Origin: Promethearchaeota archaeon
GTDB lineage: Archaea > Asgardarchaeota > Lokiarchaeia > Sigyniarchaeales > SOKP01
DNA: 64,000 bases
Assembly: GCA_020343655.1 (NCBI GenBank)
Contig: CP070805.1
Coordinates: forward strand, 2,086,676 to 2,150,675
Direction: 5' to 3'
Both the position numbers and the translations under genes were made by a program. This document shows positions 31,729 through 40,745 of the stretch, in pieces (within the stretch, counting starts at the first letter, position 1; each line of letters begins with the position of its first letter). Under the pieces are notes generated by a model. The model was not told where the DNA came from and did no database searches. It was given only the letters and a program-made list of their open reading frames with translations.

Positions 31729-32091
31729 CTAAGAATTTTGTTTTTGTAAATCAGCCTGGAGAGATTTTCTCATAGTTTCGATTTGGCTTTTTATCCGTTC
31801 TTCTTTTTGTTTTAAAGTTTTTAACCGCATCTCTAAAGTGACTTTTAAACTTTTTTTCTCATCTAATAACTTATTTTTTTCACTTTTAACTAAAATCCCA
31901 CCTATTGACTTATAGACAACATCATCTGGATTAATTTTTTCTAATTCCTCGATTGCTAATTCTGATTCTCTTAACGTACTCTCAATTTGTAATTTTTGAG
32001 AAGTAATAAATTCAAAAGATTGTTGTAAATTATTAAGATTTAATATTTTTTTCTTTTGTTCTTCGCTTAAACTGTTGAGATCTATCGTCAT
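31729..32091 (-). CDS. pfdB: Prefoldin beta subunit
   Basis: 120-aa coiled-coil protein with a central VYKSIGGILVKSEK hairpin. It sits in the conserved superoperon position. Confidence 0.85.
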   Translation of the reverse strand: MTIDLNSLSEEQKKKILNLNNLQQSFEFITSQKLQIESTLRESELAIEELEKINPDDVVYKSIGGILVKSEKNKLLDEKKSLKVTLEMRLKTLKQKEERIKSQIETMRKSLQADLQKQNS

Positions 32092-32159
32092 AATAATTCT
32101 ATAATTATATGTGTATTCATTTTATAATTTATTTTATACTGTAAACAATATATTTTTTT

Positions 32160-32432
32160 TTATGAATTATCAACTATTTTCAAAGAATTAGTAATTACTT
32201 TCCCAAAACTAATAATTTCATTAACGGAAGCACGAAAAGCAGTAATATCATTACTTTTAATCTCAAAAATTATGGTATTATAATCAGTTTTTTGGATTGA
32301 AATCTTGGATCTTTTTGTCTGTAATCTTTTGAACTCTGGTAAAAAAGAATTGAAAGAAATATCTCTTAATTGAGAAGAATCAAATTGAAATTCTATTGTA
32401 GATTTTATTAAGAAAAAATTATTTTTACTCAT
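32160..32432 (-). CDS. pcc1: KEOPS subunit Pcc1
   Basis: At 90 aa, KSNDITAFRASVNEIISFGKVI matches the Pcc1 block a.D..alRa.vNs.lr. Its start overlaps the rpl37ae stop (TAATG). Confidence 0.65.
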   Translation of the reverse strand: MSKNNFFLIKSTIEFQFDSSQLRDISFNSFLPEFKRLQTKRSKISIQKTDYNTIIFEIKSNDITAFRASVNEIISFGKVITNSLKIVDNS

Positions 32433-32719
32433 TATTCTTCAATGACTTCTAATTCTCTTTGTTTACGCTTTGCTATGCGGAAAGATTCAGTACCTCTCGG
32501 TGTTTCTATGTGATAGGCGCCTCCTGTAAACTTAGCACCACATTTTTTACAATACCAGATACCAGTCGAAATCCGATTAACAGAACCTTTAGTAATACAC
32601 CTAGGACATTTTATATCTCCTTTCATCTTTTCCAAAATTAAGCGAGTCCTTTTCCGTAATGTACTTCCATAACGAGCCGCGTAACGCCCAGTAATACCTA
32701 CTTTCTTAGTTTTACCCAT
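32432..32719 (-). CDS. rpl37ae: Ribosomal protein L37Ae (eL43)
   Basis: Contains MGKTKKVGITGRYAARYG plus a CPRC...CKKCG zinc ribbon. I prefer the ATG at 32719 to the TTG at 32728. Confidence 0.95.
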   Translation of the reverse strand: MGKTKKVGITGRYAARYGSTLRKRTRLILEKMKGDIKCPRCITKGSVNRISTGIWYCKKCGAKFTGGAYHIETPRGTESFRIAKRKQRELEVIEE

Positions 32720-32868
32720 TTTAATCAAAATTGGAATTGATTAGTTGATATTATATTAAAAATAGGATATACTATAAATTTTTCTAAATTAGAATTTTAT
32801 AAACAATAAGACTTTAATAAAAACAAAAAAACCAAATTAAATATAGAAGGAAAAAATTATTTAAGCTA

Positions 32869-33696
32869 TTACTCGATTTTACTTAAATATTGTAAAAGGT
32901 TCAATTTTTTTCTTAGTTTACTGCCAATTTCTAAAGTTTTATTTCCTAGCATTTTAATCTCGTCAATTGAAAATGTAGCAGCTCCACTCTTTTGAATTGA
33001 AGTAATTTTATCTTCTGTAGCTGAAATTGAAATTTTACCATCGCAGACCAATTCTTCTGGTAAACTAGGATCTAAGAAAATAATATCATCAATTTTTCCA
33101 TATGTTAACACTAAAGGTAATTCATTCACAATAATTTCTCCCGTTAGATACTTTCCAGTCCATTCAAGACCATTATCTCCCATTATTCCCTCAGGAATAT
33201 GAGCAGAAATTAATGTAGTTAATGCACTTACACCACCTGCATCTATTAAATTACCATCATAATTAATCACGTACATATCAACAAAAAGTATATAAACTGC
33301 TTCATTTTCTTTAATACATAGTTTTTTAGTTTGAACACAGTCTGCATGCCGAATACCACGATCAACTACGCGTGCTAATTCAATAGATTGTTCATCTGGA
33401 GGTCCTCTTTCAAATAAGGGAGATGCTATTGGAAGTAACTCAGCCATGACAGTGCAAACCCCTTCATTGGGTAGATCTGGAAAAGGTTCACCAACTTCGT
33501 ATTTTAGACCTGTTATAATCCTTGTGTCTCCTAAAGAAACATCTGCTGAACCTTCTGCTGAAGAAATGATATCACTCTTTATACGAAATTCGCGATATTC
33601 CCAGAGCCCTCTATTGTCTATTCTCTCTTCTTTTCTCAAATTTGAAATTATATAATCTTTTTCAATTTTTGATATAATTCGTTTAACATCCATCAT
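32869..33696 (-). CDS. rrp42: Exosome complex RNase PH-like subunit Rrp42
   Basis: RIDNRGLWEYREFRIKSDII..AEGSADVSLGDTRI is typical of Rrp42, and the gene follows rrp41. Confidence 0.9.
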   Translation of the reverse strand: MMDVKRIISKIEKDYIISNLRKEERIDNRGLWEYREFRIKSDIISSAEGSADVSLGDTRIITGLKYEVGEPFPDLPNEGVCTVMAELLPIASPLFERGPPDEQSIELARVVDRGIRHADCVQTKKLCIKENEAVYILFVDMYVINYDGNLIDAGGVSALTTLISAHIPEGIMGDNGLEWTGKYLTGEIIVNELPLVLTYGKIDDIIFLDPSLPEELVCDGKISISATEDKITSIQKSGAATFSIDEIKMLGNKTLEIGSKLRKKLNLLQYLSKIE

Positions 33697-33698
33697 TT

Positions 33699-34484
33699 TT
33701 ACTTATCACCTTTTTTGTCTTCATCCTTTTTGTTTTTAGATGTTTTTTCTTGTAATTTTATATATTTACTTTTTAAAGTATCTAATTGGATATTATGAAT
33801 GCTCTTTAAGAATTCTTTAGCTAGATCTAAGAATTCATTCATCTCATTCAAATCCATGTCTCCATCAAACTGTAATAATGAAATTTCCTCGTTATACCAG
33901 GTGATTGCGATTGGTAAATCTGCTTCTCCTGCTTTATCTTCAATTCCAGAAAGATCAATAACTTTCTTTCCATCAATTTTTCCTACTGCGATTGCCGATA
34001 CCAAACTCTTCATAGGAATCCCTGCATCAGCTAAAGCTAATGCTGCTACTGTAATACTTGCACATCTCGTTCCACCATCGGCATCCATGACTTCAATAAA
34101 GACTTCAAAACTAGTACCAGGATAAAGTTCAAGAAAAAGTACTGGTTCTAAACAATCAGCGACAATCATTGAAATTTCCTTTTCACGACGCCCAGGTGCG
34201 GGTCTTTTCCTATCAAAAACTGAAAAAGTAGCCATTCTATAAAATACTCTTAAAATTCCCTTATCTGGTTTTGCTAAATGATGTGGATGTACTTCACGTG
34301 GACCATATACAGCAGCAAAGATTTTATTATTACCCCATTCAAGATATGCAGATCCATCTGCATTTTTTATAATACCAACTTCCATTTTTATAGGTCTTAA
34401 TTCATTATTATCTCGACCATCGAGTCTTTTTCCATCTTCACGAAATAAAGTCTCAGGATATTCATCTTTAATAATTAATGGCAT
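33699..34484 (-). CDS. rrp41: Exosome complex exonuclease Rrp41
   Basis: Contains RLDGRDNNELRPIKMEVG...ADGSAYLEWGNNKIFAAVYGPRE and DADGGTR motifs. Confidence 0.95.
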   Translation of the reverse strand: MPLIIKDEYPETLFREDGKRLDGRDNNELRPIKMEVGIIKNADGSAYLEWGNNKIFAAVYGPREVHPHHLAKPDKGILRVFYRMATFSVFDRKRPAPGRREKEISMIVADCLEPVLFLELYPGTSFEVFIEVMDADGGTRCASITVAALALADAGIPMKSLVSAIAVGKIDGKKVIDLSGIEDKAGEADLPIAITWYNEEISLLQFDGDMDLNEMNEFLDLAKEFLKSIHNIQLDTLKSKYIKLQEKTSKNKKDEDKKGDK

Positions 34485-35276
34485 TTATTCAATACCTCTC
34501 TTCTTTTTTTCATTTATTATAAATTCTTGCATTCTATCTGTTAATCCAACAGTATGGGCTTCAGAAGCAATTTTATAAATTGATTCTATAAGCAACCTTT
34601 CATGAGCAATATCTTCACCTTTCAACCAAATTCGACCATTCTGAGTCACAAATATATTACATTTAGTCAAATTTTTTAACATTTTTATCATTGATCCGTT
34701 TCTACCAATTACTCTTGGAATTTTAGGCGGATCTACTGATATTACAATACCACCGGTCTTTTTTCCTAAGTACTTTCCTACAGTAGTTAATTCAGGTTTA
34801 TTTAAACGATCTGCAGATAGAACTTTTACAACTAAAATATCTCCAATATCAAATTTTTCAGTGCTTATTTCATCCTGAACTGCAGAACCTCCTCTGAATC
34901 CTCTTGTCTTTCCCCTTTTAACTGTATTCTTGGGTTTAAGTTGCCCAAAATCTTTAGCATTTATATCACATTTGTATTTAACTGGATTTTTATCAACTAT
35001 CAAAGCTATGACCTTATCTCCAGGATGAGGAGTATAAAACCCTCTAAGTGGAATAACATTGATATAATTCTTTTTTATTTGTTTTAGTCCAATATTCAAA
35101 GAGATTATTTTAGTTTTCTCTTTATTTAAGATTGTTCCCCTTCCAGGTAAGAAGTTCTTAACATCTTCAGTTAAAATCTCTCCAGGTACAACAACTTCTC
35201 TCGAAACTTCTTCATCTTCAAAATCCTCAAATTCATCCTCTACAGATTCTTCGTCATCTTCCATAATACTACTCAC
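34485..35276 (-). CDS. rrp4: Exosome RNA-binding subunit Rrp4 (S1 + KH)
   Basis: Has an S1-like core and a KH motif (VIGRNGSMIKML), with an acidic N-terminal extension. It abuts rrp41 with no gap. Confidence 0.9.
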   Translation of the reverse strand: MSSIMEDDEESVEDEFEDFEDEEVSREVVVPGEILTEDVKNFLPGRGTILNKEKTKIISLNIGLKQIKKNYINVIPLRGFYTPHPGDKVIALIVDKNPVKYKCDINAKDFGQLKPKNTVKRGKTRGFRGGSAVQDEISTEKFDIGDILVVKVLSADRLNKPELTTVGKYLGKKTGGIVISVDPPKIPRVIGRNGSMIKMLKNLTKCNIFVTQNGRIWLKGEDIAHERLLIESIYKIASEAHTVGLTDRMQEFIINEKKKRGIE

Positions 35277-35355
35277 ATCTTTTTTAAAATTTACCTCTTG
35301 GCCTAACCTATATTAAAAACATAATATAAATAAAAATAAATTGAAAACTTTGAGG

Positions 35356-36147
35356 TTAGGATTTTAAGATTCTTGTCTGAACTCTTCCATGAGTTAATTT
35401 ATTTAATTTGTCAATTAATTCCATTTGTAATCCTGCTGGTAAACTTACAACAGCTACCCATGAACCATCTGATTGCCATTCTTCTTTCTTAATTTGTGCA
35501 TATTGAGCAACGATATTATAACCTTTTGCAGTGAAAGTTGTTGGAATTTTTATAGCCATCTCTACCTGTTCGATTCTAATAGGAATAATGGCACGAATAC
35601 TCTTAACAATATCATCAACTTGTTCTTCTGCATTTCTCATTAAATCAATTTTAACTTTTGCCTCTTCGATTGCCTTTTCAATGCGTTGATAAGGATGAGG
35701 TTTATTATTCTGTGGATTTATCGCATTTTTACTAATTATTGTTATTATTTGTTTTAATTTCTTCTGCCTTTCCTCTTCTCTTTGAGCTTGTGTCCAATGT
35801 ATCTCTCCATCTAATAGAATATGTGCTGCAATTGTCATTCCATCTGTAGTATTAAATACAGCTTCCATATCTCCATCTGTTGCTTTTTTACCTCTCCTTA
35901 AATCTTCAAATACAATGAAACTCTCAAAAATAAGTTCTAAATCAATTTTTTGATCATTTAATACCTCTTCTACACCAAGTCGCGACTTTTCTTTCCCCGA
36001 TTTTAACCTTTTATTAATTTCTTCTCGAATAAATTTTTTCGCTTCCCATGCCTTCTCCGGATCCATTAACATTTCAAAAACTCTACCTGAATTCTCAATT
36101 CGCCCTATGATAAATCCGCCCAAATCAATCCTTGCCCTATCAATCAT
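35356..36147 (-). CDS. sdo1: SBDS/Sdo1 family ribosome maturation protein
   Basis: Has an FYSH-like N-terminus (GRVFEMLMDPEKAWEAKK). The 263-aa length and the position between psmA and rrp4 also fit. Confidence 0.85.
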   Translation of the reverse strand: MIDRARIDLGGFIIGRIENSGRVFEMLMDPEKAWEAKKFIREEINKRLKSGKEKSRLGVEEVLNDQKIDLELIFESFIVFEDLRRGKKATDGDMEAVFNTTDGMTIAAHILLDGEIHWTQAQREEERQKKLKQIITIISKNAINPQNNKPHPYQRIEKAIEEAKVKIDLMRNAEEQVDDIVKSIRAIIPIRIEQVEMAIKIPTTFTAKGYNIVAQYAQIKKEEWQSDGSWVAVVSLPAGLQMELIDKLNKLTHGRVQTRILKS

Positions 36148-36266
36148 ACTATAAATTCACAAATTAACTGATTGAATTAACTCGATTTTTATCCTATCCA
36201 ATTCTTTTGTCTTTCCGTTAAACGATAAATATAAAGGGGTATTGCCTTGATTTTATTTTCTATAAA

Positions 36267-36995
36267 TTAGGAAGTTTCGAGTTTTTTTAATAGTTCTTCC
36301 TCTTCTTCCAAACTTAGGAGTCTAAAGGTTCTATCTTCCTTTAATATTAAAGCTACATCACATGTATTTTTATTTAAATTATCACCCATCAATTCTTTTA
36401 ATGTTCTTAAAGGCAATAATTTCAATTCTTCATCACTCATATCCTCCTTATAATGTTCCTCAAGGTAAGCTCTTGCTTCCGCTGCTCCAGAACCAATAGC
36501 AAAAGCTTTATAACCCCACATTGCTCCACTTGGGTCTGTTAAATATAAAGAAGGCTTATTATTTGAATCTATTCCAGCAATTAGAAAAGAAACTCCAAAG
36601 GGACGTACTCCTGCATTTTGTGTAAAAGCTTGTTTATATTCACATATATTTAAGGTACTATCCTTAACAGAAATTCTTTCATCATAATTTAATATATTAA
36701 CCTGAGCTTGAACCCTAGCTCGGTCAATAAGTACTCTCGCATCAGCTGTAAGTCCCGCAATGGCTACCCCAATGTGATCATCAATTTTAAATATTTTTTC
36801 TGAACCAATATTTTGTTCTTGAAGTTCAGAGCTTTTCTTTTCAACCGCAAATACAACTGAATTCTTATTTCTACATACAATTGCGGTTGTACCTCGTCGG
36901 ACGGCTTCAATAGCATATTCAACCTGGAAAAGTCGACCTTCTGGCGAAAATTGGGTTATGGCCATATCATAACCTCTTCCTGCTTGCTGGAACAC
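36267..36995 (-). CDS. psmA: Proteasome alpha subunit
   Basis: Contains YDMAITQFSPEGRLFQVEYAIEAV, the hallmark alpha-subunit N-terminus. Confidence 0.95.
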   Translation of the reverse strand: MFQQAGRGYDMAITQFSPEGRLFQVEYAIEAVRRGTTAIVCRNKNSVVFAVEKKSSELQEQNIGSEKIFKIDDHIGVAIAGLTADARVLIDRARVQAQVNILNYDERISVKDSTLNICEYKQAFTQNAGVRPFGVSFLIAGIDSNNKPSLYLTDPSGAMWGYKAFAIGSGAAEARAYLEEHYKEDMSDEELKLLPLRTLKELMGDNLNKNTCDVALILKEDRTFRLLSLEEEEELLKKLETS

Positions 36996-37179
36996 TCAGA
37001 TTCACCTTAAAAGTTTTTAATATTTATCTATTTATATTATTATTTTTTATTTTTATTTTACTTTAGTTAAAAAGTAGTAATAAATGATATAATAAATATT
37101 TTTTTTATATATTTTAAAAAAAGAGTATAAAAAATAAAATAGAGAAGGTTTATCTAAATCTTCTAGGGGGTATGACCTT

Positions 37180-37551
37180 TTATGACCACGCAACTTTATT
37201 TATAAAAATAGACCACTCTAATAAAATCAGGCCTTCATCTCTTGTATGGGCAACAAGATAATCACCTTCTTTTGTAATTGAGCCAATGATATTACCTTTC
37301 CCAGCACCAATATTTTTAGCAGCTAATTGTATTTCATCATTTTTTAAAATTGCAAATCGATAATTCTGAAAAGTAAGAGCAGATTCTTTTGTTTTCCAAG
37401 CACTTAATATTGCTTTAGCCTCTTCACTTGTTAGAGGGAAATCGCTAGATTTAAAGACGATAGCTCCTTCGCTATTTAAAAGAAAAACTTCTTCCACCCC
37501 TTCATATTCATTTAGTGCATTGACTAGATTATTAAATCTTTGTTCTTCCAT
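37180..37551 (-). CDS. Profilin-like protein (Asgard-type); the Roadblock/LC7 fold is the main alternative
   Basis: In this 123-aa protein, NYRFAILKNDEIQLAAKNIGAGKGNIIGSITKEGDYLVAHT parallels the profilin core G.KY.vi..d...i.gkkG.gG..i.kT...lvi. The N-terminal EGVEEVFLLNSEGAIVFKS and LTSEEAKAIL also fit profilin. Confidence 0.55.
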   Translation of the reverse strand: MEEQRFNNLVNALNEYEGVEEVFLLNSEGAIVFKSSDFPLTSEEAKAILSAWKTKESALTFQNYRFAILKNDEIQLAAKNIGAGKGNIIGSITKEGDYLVAHTRDEGLILLEWSIFINKVAWS

Positions 37552-37750
37552 AATTCTCCATCTTTCGCAATAATCTGTTTTTAATTTTATTGAATGATAA
37601 AAATTTTGAAATTTAAATCTTTTTAGAACGATAGAATCTACAATTGAAAAATTGAGAAAGTAATTTTAGTTCTATGATATTATAAAAATCATATTAAAGA
37701 ATAAAATTTTAACCTCATTAAAACTAATGAGAAATTTATAAATAAATTCA

Positions 37751-38677
37751 ATGAAAAATAGGATAAAATTAGAACATCAAGCTTATATATTTATCTCAAT
37801 CGCTATAGTCTGTTGGGGTTTATCGAGTACTTTTGTGGAATTAGGATTGAATTCAATGCACTCTGTGCCATTTCTTTTTTATCGTTTCGCTATTTCAATG
37901 ATAATATTAACTCCTCTAATTTTAATTAAGAAACGGCGTCATGTTGCTATTTTATTCAAAAATAAATTTGTGTGGTTTATAGGGATATTTGAAGGGTTGG
38001 GATTAATACTTCAATATTTTGGTCAAGAGCTTCAAGTTCCAGCAGGTTTAGCGACTTTATTGACACTAACATATGCAATCATGGTTCCTTTTTTCTCTTG
38101 GGTTTTATTAAAACAAAAATTGCAATTATTTCATTTAATTGCTGTAATTACTAGTTTGTTAGGAATTTTTCTTATAATTTCTGGAGGAAATTTGACTTTT
38201 CTTAGTAATGGATCATTTTCTTTAATAGGAATAATAATATTAATCTCATCAGCAGTTTTCTTTGGATTATACATAACATACACTTCCTATATACAAAAAT
38301 TAAAGAACGATAATTTAGATTTAATTAGTTTATTTTATGTGGTACTTGTTATAGTCACTTTATTTAGTATAGCAATTATGATAATAGTAGGCGAATATGT
38401 TATCCCTTCTCAAGAGACATGGATTTGGTTAATAAGTCTTGTAATCTTTTCAACGATTATAGCTTTTTACATGTATTTTATGTCTATGAAAACATTAAGT
38501 GCTAATCAAGTATCTTTACTTTTATTACTTCAAATTATTATCCCATTTGTGATAGATATATTCTTATTCAATCGAAATTATAATTTGTGGGTTTTAATTG
38601 GAAGCTTTATCCTGTTTATTTCGGTTTTTTTATCAACTCTCGTTTCCAATAGAACTCATGGAAATAAAATAGAATAA
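37751..38677 (+). CDS. EamA/DMT-family transporter
   Basis: Ten predicted TM helices arranged as two EamA-like halves. Confidence 0.8.
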   Translation: MKNRIKLEHQAYIFISIAIVCWGLSSTFVELGLNSMHSVPFLFYRFAISMIILTPLILIKKRRHVAILFKNKFVWFIGIFEGLGLILQYFGQELQVPAGLATLLTLTYAIMVPFFSWVLLKQKLQLFHLIAVITSLLGIFLIISGGNLTFLSNGSFSLIGIIILISSAVFFGLYITYTSYIQKLKNDNLDLISLFYVVLVIVTLFSIAIMIIVGEYVIPSQETWIWLISLVIFSTIIAFYMYFMSMKTLSANQVSLLLLLQIIIPFVIDIFLFNRNYNLWVLIGSFILFISVFLSTLVSNRTHGNKIE

Positions 38678-38719
38678 AAAAGGTTTTACTTTTAACATGC
38701 TAAGATACTTAAATTTTAA

Positions 38720-39538
38720 ATGATACTAACACTTAAGTGTTTTTTTATGGTACAAAAACTAGTTTTATTCGATAAAATCTATAATATTTCAGATCGTGGA
38801 AAAAAAGAAGATATTTACCTTAGATATCTTAAATATTTGAAAGAGCATGTTAAAGGGTTTCCTGACACTTCTATCAAGGTTAAAAAGTTAAGAAAATTTG
38901 ATAAACGGTTTGAAATTATCATCAGTGGCCCTGAAGAGCAATTTGTTTTTAATCTTTTAAGAAAAGAAATCGGAACGATTAATGAATTTAAAGATATTCA
39001 GGTTGGTAAAGAGTATAGAGGATCGCTTGTAGATGTAGGGAAAGTTGGATTCGGATTATTTGTTGATTGTGCTATTTTAAATCCACATGCAGACGTTCTT
39101 ATAAACCTACACACTTTACGAAAGCAATTATGCAAAGGGAAAGAGAAATCGTTGAAGGAAATTATTGAAGCTTATGAACTAATTGATCACTTTCCTGTAA
39201 ATATTAAAATCACTGAGTTAGATACAGTTAATAATAAAATACGTGGTGAATTAGCAATAAATACTTTAAATTTCTTTAAAAAAATATTGGCAGAAAATCT
39301 CGAAGCTGTTTTTTTAAGCGGAGAAACGAAAGGTCAATTCAAGAAAGTAATAACTAAAAAAGGGCATTTTCAAGACATTATTACTGTAAAAAGATTTGGG
39401 TTTTTAGAAAACCTTGTTTTATTAAAAGAAGGATCTGATGCTCCCGGAATTATTACTCATATTGGGAGTGAACTTAGAAATTGTAAGTTAAGCGCCTTAC
39501 GCCCTGAAAAAATGAAAAGACTACTTTCAGAGAATTAA
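38720..39538 (+). CDS. Conserved hypothetical protein with S1/OB-like segment
   Basis: GKEYRGSLVDVGKVGFGLFVDC resembles an S1-type strand pair. The true start may be the ATG at 38747. Confidence 0.45.
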   Translation: MILTLKCFFMVQKLVLFDKIYNISDRGKKEDIYLRYLKYLKEHVKGFPDTSIKVKKLRKFDKRFEIIISGPEEQFVFNLLRKEIGTINEFKDIQVGKEYRGSLVDVGKVGFGLFVDCAILNPHADVLINLHTLRKQLCKGKEKSLKEIIEAYELIDHFPVNIKITELDTVNNKIRGELAINTLNFFKKILAENLEAVFLSGETKGQFKKVITKKGHFQDIITVKRFGFLENLVLLKEGSDAPGIITHIGSELRNCKLSALRPEKMKRLLSEN

Positions 39539-39542
39539 AAAA

Positions 39543-39618
39543 TGGTGGGCCAGGAGAGGATCGAACTCCCGACCTTCGCGGTGTAAGCGCGACGTCATAA
39601 CCACTAGACCACTGGCCC
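39543..39618 (-). tRNA. tRNA-Val (anticodon UAC), CCA encoded
   Basis: The reverse complement GGGCCAGTGGTCTAGTGGTTATGACGTCGCGCTTACACCGCGAAGGTCGGGAGTTCGATCCTCTCCTGGCCCACCA folds as a cloverleaf. It has a 7-bp acceptor stem, a 5-bp anticodon stem and the loop CTTACAC. Confidence 0.9.
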
Positions 39619-39627
39619 TTAATTAAG

Positions 39628-39710
39628 CGCAATCGGTGGGATTTGAACCCACGAATCCTTTGGACACCGGTTTAGCAGACCGGCGCTCTACCAGGCTAAG
39701 CGACGATTGC
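39628..39710 (-). tRNA. tRNA-Ser (anticodon GCU), class II
   Basis: The reverse complement begins GCAATCGTCGCTTAGCCTGGTAGAGCGCCGGTCTGCTAAACCGG. It continues with a 14-nt variable arm, GTGGGTTCAAATCCCAC and CGATTGCG. No CCA is encoded. Confidence 0.9.
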
Positions 39711-39828
39711 ACGTTTGATTAAGTTTTGATACAATACAATTTCAATATAACGATTTTAAATTTTAATATTTTATTATAGACTTTGTAAAAATGAAAGAAA
39801 AAGGAAATTTACAGTTATTGAATTTAAA

Positions 39829-40311
39829 TTATTCTGAGATTATCTCAAAGACCATCTTCTCAATGATCGGCTTTTTGGTGTACCTTTTATCATAATACCA
39901 TCCTACTAGATGCGCCTTTTGTTCCTTCTGCGGAACCTCAGGGACAACAATTATCATCACCCCGTTTGATAAATATTTCAAGATCCTCTTGTCAATCGTG
40001 TGCAGCTTCTCCGAGCCACTCGGGTGACTGTGCCACATCCATACGATATCCACACCTAGCTCAGTTTTAAATTTACGCATGTTATAAATTTTTGATTTTT
40101 TATAACGCATCCAGCTTCTTGGTTTTACATGAACTTTACTTTTATGTAAATCAGGATTCATTATAAATTTAGTACAGATTCCAAAATTCTCTTTACGGTC
40201 GGCAAAAAGCCATCCATGAACTATTTGAGGATATTCCTCCGCGGCTTTCTGAGTTATTTCTTTAAATAAACTTTCTGGTATTAAATAGCGAAAATCCTTT
40301 GCCCCGCTCAT
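39829..40311 (-). CDS. JAMM/MPN-like domain protein (variant motif)
   Basis: WHSHPSGSEKLHTID aligns to the JAMM HxHx7Sx2D motif, with the Ser position occupied by His. No clear upstream catalytic Glu was found. G+C is visibly higher than in the flanks. Confidence 0.55.
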   Translation of the reverse strand: MSGAKDFRYLIPESLFKEITQKAAEEYPQIVHGWLFADRKENFGICTKFIMNPDLHKSKVHVKPRSWMRYKKSKIYNMRKFKTELGVDIVWMWHSHPSGSEKLHTIDKRILKYLSNGVMIIVVPEVPQKEQKAHLVGWYYDKRYTKKPIIEKMVFEIISE

Positions 40312-40484
40312 TCTTCACCATCTCTTTTTAGAGTCAATGTAGCATAAAATTTATATTTTACTTATTGTTGATACAGAGCTTAAAAGGCAAAAGAGTAAAA
40401 TAATAAAAAATTTATTTTCTTGATTATAATCTAATTATAGTATTAGAGAAAAATAAGTATTCAAATTATAAATATCCTAATTGT

Positions 40485-40589
40485 GCAGACGTAGCCTAGC
40501 TGGTAAGACGCCGGCCTTGAGATTATTATGATATGAACAAGCTAGCCGGTGCGCGTGAGCGCTCGGGGGTTCGAGTCCCTCCGTCTGCG
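40485..40589 (+). tRNA. tRNA-Ser (anticodon UGA) with 22-nt intron at canonical 37/38 position
   Basis: The acceptor stem is GCAGACG/CGTCTGC and the anticodon stem is CCGGC/GCCGG. The loop is CTTGAG|intron 40522-40543|A. Anticodon-loop CTTG pairs with intron CAAG, leaving 3-nt bulges at both junctions. The variable arm is 15 nt. There is one C-A mismatch in the D stem. Confidence 0.85.
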
Positions 40590-40623
40590 TATATTAATAA
40601 TATTATGAGAAAATTGAAATTTT

Positions 40624-40697
40624 GGGCTATTGGCGCAGGCAGGTAGCGCAACCGGCTCTTAACCGGCAGGTCGGGGGTTCGAATCCCTCATAGCCCG
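40624..40697 (+). tRNA. tRNA-Lys (anticodon CUU)
   Basis: GGGCTAT TG GCGC AGGCAGGTA GCGC A ACCGG CTCTTAA CCGGC AGGTC GGGGG TTCGAAT CCCTC ATAGCCC G. There is one A-C mismatch at 27:43, and no CCA is encoded. Confidence 0.85.
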
Positions 40698-40745
40698 CTA
40701 TTTTTTAAAAAAAAAAGAGGAATCCTCTACCCAATTTAAAAGAAA

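Noticed and set aside
39711-40484. Partial tRNA duplication (att-like direct repeat) flanking the JAMM-like gene
   Set aside because: I looked for copies of the tRNA-Ser and tRNA-Val ends in the flanks. I found only a 7-nt chance match (CAATCGT) inside the CDS, and no integrase is present. The case for horizontal acquisition therefore rests only on composition and location.
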